A model generated the notes under the pieces. That model worked only from the letters and a program-made list of their open reading frames with translations. It ran no database searches and was not told the DNA's origin. Source: Asterias rubens (taxonomy: Eukaryota). Taken from it: 64,000 nucleotides of DNA. The stretch covers positions 2,294,001-2,358,000 of the forward strand of contig NC_047064.1 of assembly GCF_902459465.1 (NCBI RefSeq), read 5' to 3'. The translations under genes and the position numbers were made by a program. Positions 48,401-60,400 of the stretch are shown here, piece after piece. Within the stretch, counting starts at the first letter, position 1; every line of letters begins with the position of its first letter.

Positions 48401-51400
48401 GTAATTCTAAACATCTTCCTGACTGTTGTAAAAAAAACTCTCTGATTGCAAGATGCAAATGTTGGGAGCTCTTTTGTTAGCTCTTTGTGAAACTGGGATA
48501 TTTACTTTTTGATAGCTTTTTTAATGTTTTGTACACTGCTTTTGAAATGTAATAATGGTTTGTGTTCATCTTTACAATCCAGCCATCATTTTAATTTATT
48601 CATGGTGAGGGTATTACAGCCGTTTGTTTGTCAAGCTACATCCATGTTTAAATTAATTTGGGCGCTTGAAATTACACTTCAAGGGTATCAAACACAGTGG
48701 CCCATTACACAGTTTTAATGTTAGGAGTAAGAGACTTGTAATTTGATTTCATTTTTATAAGATGTCTATCTCTTGGAAAAATGAATTGTGTTTAGAGAGA
48801 CATTACTGAACTGAGCTGACACGAGATTAACCTTAACCAATTAACTCACTCTAACCTATTGAACACACTTTTGAGCTTGTTTAAGTTATTGTTCAACAGG
48901 AAGTTATGGCATGGTTTAAAAAATGAGGGACTTCAAAGTTTCTGCCAACATTTGCCATGAGGGGGTTTTTACATCATGTTTTTTTTATGTTATTGTTGCT
49001 CATATAGAGAGATCCACTCTTGCCGGCAGACAAGCCCATCACAGCTCCCGTCGGGAAGGAGGTTGTCAAGGCTGGGGAGGAGAGTCTTGCAGACACACAA
49101 CGAACCAGCCTGGAGCTCCAGTTTGAACTCAAGAAGGTATGTCAGCTCAAATCTAAACGAATATAAAAACATTTTCATTATTTTAGTTTTCCTAATCATA
49201 ATTAAACAAATAACAACCTGATTGTTTGAAAGAATTAATATAAATAAGTAAAAGAGTCATATCCCTATTTAAAAGAATGGTACGCTTCGCTTTACTGCTA
49301 TTGTCATTGGGGAGACCTGAGTGCTAAAAAAATGTCTACGGCCCGCACCAGGACTTCTCGCATGTTCATGTAAGTCCATTCTTACACAATGTCGAACCAA
49401 CTCTTTCATACATGTGAGCCTTTTTGAGATATGGCCGACACAATGCTACAACACTATAAGGTTTGGGTAAATTTGTGTATGTATACACCGAAACCAAGCA
49501 GGACACCCCTATCACGCCCGCCATACCTCAAAAAGGCTTATTGGTGTCCTCCCTCGACAGTCTCCTGCATCATGATCTTGCATAGGTTGTTGTATCGCAT
49601 AAACTGTTACACTGTGTTTTTGTTTCTCTTTGAATATCAGGTGGGTCTAAACTTGTCCCAGCGATGTTCTGGTGAAGAGAAACCACTTATATCTGTTGCT
49701 ATCCACGCTCTGGGTACTCAAGTACGTATGAGACCATGGGATATGAGTGCTACTGTATCCCTGGGTAGCGTGTCTGTTCAACATAGGCAGTTCAAAGGTA
49801 AGGACTGAAAGGTCAAAGGTAAATACTGATAACCAAATTTAGTAAGTAAGGCTTGCAGTGACACCATGTACAGCCCGGTTCATACTTCCTGCGAATGTGA
49901 ATGCTACACGATTTGTTACGTCACAGCTCCATTTTCGCTGCGAATATTTCGCAGGAGTTGAGCATTATTCAACTGGTTTTCTTTTTTTAACAGGTTTACA
50001 GTTTTCTCTTCATTTCATAGGGAATTACTCAACAGAAAAACTATTTCTAGTATGAACTTCATAACCTATGGGGTTTGAGGCATTACATAGTGAGGTATCA
50101 AGATATATGTGGTGTGTGGTAACACCATGTGTGTATCTACTTGCCAGGTAGAGTTTGTTCTTAGAGAACTGTCATTCTTTATTCTACTAACGCGGAGTAG
50201 ATTTATCGGATGTTCGGGAGACTTCTCAGTTCTGGAAAGAAACAATCCAAGAACTGACTCCGCGATAGTGCAGTTAATTACGCTCCTAAGTTAGTAGTCC
50301 CAACCAATTTTCTATACTTTCCGCCCGGGGAGTAGTTAAAAAGCAGGACAGTTCTTTTCATAACTGAGAAGTCTCCCGAACATCCGATAAATCTACTCCA
50401 CGGTAGTAGAATAAAGAAAGACAGTTCTCTAAGAAAAAAACTCTACACACGCGGTGTTACCACAAACCAAATGTATATTTTCAGACTACATTTGTTTATC
50501 TTTACCAATATTGTAAGCAGGCATCAATTTGTATTTTTTACTAGTTTGTTGACGAATAATACAAATGATAAATTTTTGATTTAGTGTTGAGATGATTTAT
50601 ATAAGCTGTTAATTTTATTACTTGATGGATATGTTTACAGCTTTGGATGGTGGTGACCTGTTCTTGGTTCAGACACCAGCTTATGAAAAAGGGACAGACA
50701 GACTTTTGTCAATCAACTACCAAAAGGTAAGGCTCTATCAAGCCTGGGATCCTGATTGGTCGTTTTGAACATTTCCCTATATTATTTTTATGAAGTCATT
50801 GCTTAAAAAAATATGTTTTTGTATTATAAGAATTATTAGAAAAAAAGGTAAAATAATTTTTTTTACTTCAAATTTTGCCGATTTGACCCCAATTTTAATC
50901 CTAGATACAAACCTTAAATGAAAACTTGGTTCAATATACGTAACTGGAATTGAGGTCCACATTGAAGGGCAGAACAAGATGCCATAAGCCACCTGATCTC
51001 CAAATAACCATGTATTCTGGAATAACATACTTCATGTGTAAATAACTACACATGAATGTGTGACATTTCAGTCAGTTGCAAAAAAAAGGAGCACTGTGCC
51101 TTGGATCGGTCGAGTTGGTCTTTGAAAAACGTATTAACCGTTTTTAATAAAATGCATATGGGTAGAAAGATGTAAAAGTAGAATACAATGATCCACACAA
51201 ACATGCCTCGAAACTGCACGGTTTTTCTTTTACCTCGTTGACTACCATGGTCAGCCATTTACGGGAGTCAACTTGTGTGGATCATTGTATTCTACTTTTA
51301 AAACATCTTTCCAACCATATGCATTATATCACAAACGGTTATAAACGCTTTTTATAAACCAATTCGTCTGACCCAAGGCAACCTTAGCAGAATGACAACA

Positions 51401-54400
51401 CAGGTACACAAGTGTAATAGAAGCAGTGAAGTGGAACTAAAAATGTCAGTCAGTTTGTGGAGTGCAGGCACGTAAATCCGGAGGGCGCAGCTTCTAGGCC
51501 ATCTCCAGTCAAATTTTCTTTGCTCAACCCAAAATTATTTCCATAAAAAAAATTCCAACTTCACTTAAATCTTATGAATCTATTCCTCCCCCCATCACTG
51601 ACCCCTTCTAGGCAGAGAAGAAGAGCCCAGAGTTTGCCACCACCTACCAGTCAACAGAGCAAGACATCACCGTCAAGTTCACCACCCTAGAGATTGTAGC
51701 CCACTCCGATGCCATTCTCAATTTAACAGACTTTGCAGACACCCTTGTAGCTAGTCTAGACACCGGGAAGGGGGCAGCCAGTGGGGCGGAGCCTGAAGAT
51801 GAGGGGTACCTCAGTGAAGACGAGAAGAAACCAAAAGGTGAAAGGTCAAGGGATTTAATAGATGGGTGCTAAAAGAAATTCATGGTCATCTTTAATAATA
51901 GAGGTTAAATTTGCACCGGGGATAAAGACAATTATTTGTTTTTACTCTTACATCGATGTGTGTAAAGTACTGTTATATTCCGAGTCATGTGAACAAAATC
52001 CACAGAAATTCAATGTTGTCATGTTTTGTAATGTTAATGTTTGGAAAAGAACTCCCCAATACAAACATTTAGTTTTGGTTATATTCAATCTTACAATCTT
52101 GCACCATATCTTGAAGGATGCTGGCTCCACTAAATCTCAACCTTTTTTTACAGGGATTGAAAATATTTATGATTTTGATGATGCCATAAGCTTGAAATGA
52201 GGCATGAGATTCTTCCTCTTAATACTAGTCTGATTTTCAATATTTTGGCCCTCTGTAAAATTGTTATTACATAGCCTGAAAAATCTATAATGACTTAAAG
52301 GGAAGGTACACGTTTGGTAATTACTCAAAACAAGTATTAACTTAAAAACTGACTTGGTAACGAGCATTGGAGAGCTGTTGATAGTGTTAAACATTGTGAG
52401 AAACGACTCCCTCTGAAGTAACGTAGTTTTTGAGAAAGGTAATTTCTCACTTAAAGAAGTATTTTATTCCTATCTGAAAGCACACAAATTCGTCCAAAAA
52501 GGTTTATTTTTTCTCTCATCATTTTCTCGCGATGACCAATTTAGCTCAAGTTTTCACAGGCTTGTTATTTTATGCTTATGTTGGGATACACCAAGTGAGA
52601 AGACTGGTCTTTGACAATTACCAAACGTGTACCTTCCCTTTAAACCATGTAAATGTGGGCAGACCTTGTACAATTTTCCCATGGGTCAAATAGAAGTCAC
52701 TCAGGACTTTGATGTTGTGTCCTTTTTGTCATTTGTGTCCTCATAGGCAAGAGAGTAAAGAGATTGAAGCCAAGTGACACCATTGACGTAAAATTGACAG
52801 CCGATCTAGACGTCATCTCCCTGGTCGTGTGTACTAAAGACACCAGCCTGACTGAAGTTAACATCAAAGGTAAAAATGCTGCCTCAGTGCTGAAAGGTTT
52901 GCATGTACAATATCATTTTGTAAAAATCAGAAGTGCCTGATGTTGAATGGCAGTAAATCAGGACAAAATAATCATAAGATTAAAATATCAAGTAACAAAC
53001 CACAAAAGAAACTACTTTTTGGGTAAATTTTGGGTTGAATAAGGAGAAATTGACTATAGCTGAAATTGAACCTGTGACAACTAGATTCAAGTTCCGGATT
53101 TCTACCAAATGAGCAATCTATCTAACCCTTTCTTCATCCCCAAATTTTGACATTTTCGTTTTTAAATGAACACGTTGCCTTAGATCGGTCGAGTTGGTTC
53201 ATAAAAAACGTTTGTAACACCGTTTGTTATAAAATGCATATGGTTGGAAAGATGTTTTAAAAGTAGAATACAATGATCCACACAAATTTGCCTCGAAATT
53301 GTGAGGTTTTCCTTTTACTTTGCGAACTAACACGGTCGGCCATTTATGGGAGTCAAAAATTTGGCCGACCGTGTTAGTCGACGAGGTGAAACCGTGTTAG
53401 TCGACGAGGTAAAAGAAAAACCGGGCAATTTCGAGGCATGTTTGTGTGGATCATTGTATTCTACTTTTACACCATCTTTCTACCCATATACATTTTATAA
53501 CAAACGGTTACAAACGCTTTTCAAAGACCAACTCAACCGATCCAAGGCAACGTGTTCCTTTAAGTTTTGGCATAAATTGGGTTTACAACTTTAAACAGTT
53601 TTAACAGTATTCTCATTCTGCTGTGATTGTTATGAGTTCCGTGATTTGATTTGATTGACACGCAGGGCTGAAAGCTGGAGTTTTACTTCAGAAGCATGTT
53701 ACAACAGTATCAGCCCTCCTTCAGGATATCACGGTGACAGACCCAACACCAGGGGCTTTATACCCCAAGGTAAGACTCTACAAGTCACAAGAGAGATCAA
53801 ACAACTAAGCATATCCATGATGTGTAATCAGGGCCCAGTTTCATGGCTCCGCTTACCACCCAATTTTGCGCTTATCATCACCATTCTCTGCTTACTGGTC
53901 AAGCGCCAATTTTCTCGGAAAGTCTAGTTAACCTATCGTAATAAAGGACCAAGCCAAATGCACTATAGTCAGCCAGTCTTTTATTTTGTTATCAGCCGTT
54001 TAACGGAAGGGCACAGTTTCAAAAAGTAAAAAATTAGTTAAGCATAACAAAATTACGCTAACCAAATAAGGTTATTAGCCAAACTGCCGTGTCACAACTA
54101 CAATTTGTGACTGGTATCCTGCTCATTTCTGCTTAGCAGACAATTGTTAAGCAATATTTTCTGCTTAAGCAGCTTTATGAAATTGGGCCCTGGTAAAAAT
54201 TATCACGTGACCACCGTTCAGCCAATAGGACTCCCTAAACTTTGATATTTATGAATAACGCATAACATCTCTGACTGATTTCAGATTGTCTCCTTCGTCG
54301 ACGATGAGGTGTTTAAGGTTAAAGCTGAGTTGTTCAACGGCTCCACTGCAGCGGATGGATACTCTGATATGAGTGCTGTAGACATTCGAGTTGGTCTGAG

Positions 54401-57400
54401 CATGGGACGTATGAGGGCCATCTTCCTGAACAAGTTCGTTATGAGACTCCTGGTAAGTTATAAGAAGCAGCTTTCTCAAGAGTATACTGATCGAAACATC
54501 AAGTTGAAATCAATGGTTCTTTTCAGAACCACCCAAACTCATTTAGAGATTATCATTACATGGTGTTACTGCAGATCTCACTATATCAGATTTCCACCAT
54601 ACAAAGTTTCAAATCCTACTTATAAGAAGGGTGTTTTCTACGGATCTGTGTGGTTTTTAGAGTTTACATAATCATTCTCATTTCTGTAAACAAACGAGGG
54701 TTGTGCACCTATATTTATTTACCTAAACGATTAAACCAAACTTGTGACATGTAACTGTTTTTAACAATTCCAATCCGATTTGTGAGCCGATCTGTAAAAG
54801 AAGCAAATGTTCAATACACTTTCCAGGATCGACCTGGATTTAAAATATAACACAAAACAGAAAAAATGTACTTCAATAAAAGAAAATGTTTGTCTCTCCC
54901 TAGAGTGACACAAGAAAAGGTTGCATAAAATGTTAGCATTTTTAGCAGTGTGTGGAGTTTTGTTTTTCTTCATGGTACTCAGTGCTTCATACACTCTGTT
55001 GTATGGGTAAAACCAAATAATATTCTTTATCTCCAATGTAAATTTGCCATCTATTATTATTTTGGTTTCTCCAGTCCTTTGTGGACCAGTTCTCACGAGC
55101 CAAAGCAGCAGCAGCCGAAGCCAGCGCAAACGCCGCCTTAGCCGCTAAGAAGACTGCAGAGAACATGCAGGAACGCTGCATCCGCATCGCTCTCGATGTC
55201 GTCATCAAGGCCCCACTGATCATCATCCCTAAGAGTTCAACCTCAGACATGGCTCTGGTGGCTGATCTTGGTCAGCTACTGGTGCAGAATTCCTTCAGTA
55301 TGGCAGCTGGAACTGAGAGTATGGAGTTACCGGCTGTATTGGAGGCAATGCAGGTAGCTCTACAATCTATCCAGCTATCAAGGTATGCACAGTGTCTGAC
55401 ACCCAACCTCTCTCAAACTGTAATAGCTTAGAGGCAGTCCAAATCCTATATTTTAGCAGCCGGTACTGCAATGATTTATTAGATGTTTACTTTAGATTAG
55501 GGATAAAGAGTATAGCTATCATGAGGCTAGAGGCTACTAGGCAATCATGGTGTCTTAGTTGGTAAGACACTGCTCTAGAATTGAAAAGGTCGTGGGTTCG
55601 AATCCCACTCGAGTAATATGCCTGTGATTTGTTTTCACAGAACTCGGGTAAAGGGCAACTCTGAAATTAATATTTTTTAACCTTGATACAAGTTTAACAT
55701 CTTATTCTGGTAAGCAAATTTGGTTGTGCTTAGCAGCACTATGAAATTCTTGATTGTAACTGGATTCTGGATGATTGTTTTTCAGAGCCGTCTTGCAAGG
55801 TGGTCGTATCAAGTCTGAAGTGTTGATGTTAGAACCAATGGGCTTGAATATTGACCTAGTCCGTAATCTAGCTGCCAGCTGGTACCACAAGACACCTGCT
55901 ATTGCACTGTCGGGCAAACTGCAACCCATCAGGGTAAGTGGACAGTTTCTACAATTGAAATAATAATAATATTGACTGTTACAAAGTGTATTTTCGAAGA
56001 ATGATCATCGCACTTCGAACAGTATGAAGGCCCGGTCACACTGGGACGATAACAATATTTTATAACAATACGATCAACATTGCTGAAAATCAATTGTGGG
56101 GTCCATTGTTCCATTGTGTCAGAGACCCCTGTAGGGCACTCCTGTAAGCTCACACTCCAGAGTTGTGTACCATTACTACAGAAAAATTGAACTCAGCGGG
56201 ACTTGAACCAACATCCTCCGGACTAGCGACAGGCGCTCTACCAACTGAGCTATGTATCCAGCCCTAAGTCAATATCTTGTTTAGTCAATATCTTTATTCG
56301 GGGTGCCAGCACTAATCCATGTCACTCTTAACCTCTTCCCCAGTTTTCTATTGGTCCAGATGACTTTGCCCTGGTTATGGGTATTCTCAATAAGAACTTA
56401 GCAGAGGGTCAACTGGAAGTGGTTGAGGCAGAAAGTCCTTCTGCATCGGGTGGAGAGGTGCCACCTGCTGAGGGAGGGGCAGCTGCTGCATCTGATGTCA
56501 AGTCTGGTGAGGGGCTAAGTGTAATATCCATCTACATATAGACTTAAGCCCGGTCATACTTCCTGCGAATGCGGCGCAAATTTTTGACCTCGCAAAATCG
56601 CAATGAAGAATTTTGAAGAGTTGCTGTAATTTTTACGTCACAAAACTGCAATGAAGAAGAGTTGAGATATGCGGAACTCCTGGGAAACATTTGCAGCCAA
56701 AAACAGAAATGTGGCGTCAAATTCGTTCACAAGAAGCAGTCACAGGAAGTATGAATCTGGCTTAATCATGCTCTGACCGAGCAGCTAAAAGCAAAGAGCT
56801 CGAGCTCTGCTGGTTTTTCTTCTATCACCGGAGTGTGGGTTTTGAGTTTCGCTCGTGGCACTTGTGTCCTTGTGCAAGATATTTTACCATAATTGCTCTG
56901 TCCCTCGGATCCATTAAGCTGTAGGTCCCATGGGTTGTTAAAAGAACCCATGACACTTATTTTGCAAGAGTAGGGGTTAACCCTGGTGCTACTGGTTCAC
57001 CAAGCACCCAGGTTTACAGGTTTCCTCAGGCTTGTGAGTAAGTTCACTTGTGAGCCATCTTTGGTTTCACTACCAGAAGTATATAATAATAATAATCCAA
57101 TTAATGACCAATACTTGTGCAACTTCTGCAGTAGTACCATTCCATTTACTGCATCAAATACTTTGTTTAAAATGCAAGCCCACTAAACGGGGACCCTTGT
57201 TCACACATCGGAATAATACTAAAAAGCAAACACAACATCAAAAAAAGCAAGACCAACTGTAGAAAACTTGAAAAAAAATGTTCAGTTAAAAATGCAAATG
57301 TGCAGTATAAATAATTAGGTACAACTCCAAATTGCAATCCCTTTATCCAATCAGACATGAAAATGTTACTTGCTGTATTTTTGACTGCATCGTTATTCAT

Positions 57401-60400
57401 TTTCTTCTGTAGCAGCCAAGGAGGAGATAAAAGCCGATGTCCCAGCGCCAGAGACAACTGAAGATCCATGGGAGCAAATCTGTGTAGACTTTGAGTTGGA
57501 GGGAATCTACACTTCCTTGTACACTGGCAAGCTAGACCTGGTATGTTCAATACAAACTGATATTTATTTCCATACTTCATGAAAACAGAGTACAAACAAT
57601 ACTTTTAAGGAATAACCAATAAACAAAGCTACTTAATGAGGGGGAGACAAAAGAATAAATAATTGGTACTGTTTATCTTGAAAGATAGAAGGGAAGTTTT
57701 AAAGGTTGGGCCATAGAGATTGTTTTTTTTTCAAAGTCATGCTGATTTATAGGCACAATTTCCGAGAAAGATACAATAAAAATCATCTGAATGTTGAAGC
57801 TAACACGATAAGTTCAGAAACTGCCAAAAACCGATGCGGTATTTTCATCAAGAACTTTGACCCCATCCACGTTTTACCGATTGTTTCAATTTGTTGAACA
57901 GTATGTTTTGCTAATAAACTTGTTTGTCATCCAAATGGGTTGTTGCCTTGATATTAGTTTTTATCTTGAAGAGGTTTAGAAAAATACAGCAATGTTGTAG
58001 TTGTGCAAAGGGGTAGGTGTTGCTAGGTTTCCAGGGGTTTCCGTGGGTTGGGTAAAGACTTAATAGACACTTCCATGTGTCCAGAATACCAGTTTCTCAA
58101 AACCTTTAACCGTTGAATATCGTGTGGTCCAGTTAGTTGATTGAAGTATCAAATGCCTCAAAAGTAATTTTTAGGGTAGGGTGCATTTGGGTGACATAAC
58201 AATTCCCACACTGAGTTATGGAAAGGTTTGCGGTAACACCATGTAATAACTATTTCTAAATAAGTTGGGGTGGTTTTGAAAAGAACCGTTGGTTTCAACT
58301 CGTTATCTCGATCATAATGCTCGGATCGTCTTCTGGAAAAAGCTGAGTTTTTGTTTTTGTTTCTCGCATCATTCACAGCGTCCTTTGGAGGGTCGTCAGG
58401 AGAGGATACCCCATGAAGCCCTAGGCTGCTTTGCAGTCTGTCAGCTTGGAGTTAAAGCAAGCATACAATCCAACATGGCTATAACGGCTAATGCAAAACT
58501 AGCCAAGATTCTCCTTGATGACATACGTCCAGGGAGAGGCGATGCCATTACAAGGTGGGTCAATCAAACTTTTCTTTCAACAGAAAGGCTTTTATTTTGT
58601 TGTGTATTGTTTTTGTTTGAGGCCTTCTTCATTTTCCCCTCTGTTGGAAATTTCCGTTATTTTCTCCTGACTCCGACACAAAGTGTGGGCCTTGGACAAT
58701 ACTGTTTACCGAAAGTGTACAATGGCTTTAAAGAGAAATTAATATATTTGAAAAGAAATTTTAAACCTAGAAGAATAAATGAATGCCAACCCTAGAATGA
58801 TTTATGTGTTCCTCTTTGATTTTAGGATGCTTGGTTCCCATGGTGATGATCAGGATCTTGAAACAATCACCGTGAAGTTTGAGCAGATGGCCAACCAGGA
58901 CAAGAATAGTAAGTTTAATGCGAATCCACAACTCCTAAATAAACATTGGGAGTCTAACATAGCACATGTATCTACCCAAAAGGGCCCAATTTCATATAGC
59001 TGCTAAGCAATCAAATTTGCTTAGCATGAAATTTCTTCCTTGATAAAAACAGGATTACCAACTATATTTCCATTTGATGGATATTGCTTGTTACTGGTAA
59101 TTCAGCTGTTGTTGGCTTATCCTAAAACCACATGGAAATTTGTTTGGGAAAACCTGTTTTTATAAAGGCAAAATTTCATGCTTAGCAAATTTTTGTGCTT
59201 AGTAGCTGTATGAAATTAGGCCAAGGTGCTAAAGGAGCTGTCCAGCAGAGCAAAGAGAAATACTGTTTAAAGATGGTTTTTAAACCTAACATTTATTAAA
59301 TAACCCCAAGCTTTCACATGCCAATAGAACATGTTTTAATGTGTGTAATAGCATGCATGGGTATATTTTTATTGTGTAGTTGCTTATATTTTTATTGATA
59401 TTTTATTGTTAAGCGCAGTTGAACAAAATTATAATGGAATTTGCGCTATATAAAATAATAAATTTTTGTTGTTATTAAAAAAAATGTTGTCATTCTGGTA
59501 AATAGTTGAGGCGTCAGTCAGAAACTTCCACGCTTGTGTTTGCGCCGAGTTCCTGATGACTGTAGCCGAAATCTTCACCAAGGGACTCGAAGAGAGTGCT
59601 GTGCCCAAACCAGAGGATAAAGACAAGAAGCCTGTCAAGAAAGCAATGCAGACGCCTAATAACACACCTGCGGGTACCCCTGACGCCCAGGAAAGTACCC
59701 AACAAGGTGTCATTACGGTGAAAGCAATCCTGGACAGCCCGGAGATCGTCCTGGTCTCGGATTCTTCTAAGAAGGATACCAACGCCTTGGTCCTCAAAGT
59801 ATGTATTGTTTTTGTTTTTCATTTGTGATTTCTCAGCATTTTTTTCTGATTTCAGCCTTCAACCTTCCTGAAACAGGCATGATAATAAGCAACAATGATT
59901 CGAGACGTCTTCAAATGCTCTTTCTTTGACTTTGACAATAAATGAGACGGAAATATTGCCTTGGAGGATTTGTACTAGTTCTAGCTTGAATTTTATTAAC
60001 AGTGAGGTTTCAAGATAAACATAATGACCTATCCTGTACTTTTTCTTTTACTCTTAAAAAGGTTATAAAGCACGGACAAATTAAATGCTCTTCATGAGTT
60101 TTGACAGAAATATTGCCAAATTTGACCGTAGGCTTTTATAAAGGCTCAGCTAGTGTTGAAACGTGAACACTTTTTGCATTGAAACCACAGGCTAGTTCAG
60201 GAAGTAAACAGCTCGCTACTTAACAGGAAAGTTTGAATGACTATTGAATTTCAGACTATGGGAGAGGTGAACCTTACCATGTCCGGCAATGCAATGTACA
60301 TCAAAGGTGGTTTGCAGCAACTCCGTATCAATGCATGCCCTTATCTAGAACAGCATCGTATCGGCAAGATGACCAAGGTAAGCTTACTAAACTGTCTACC

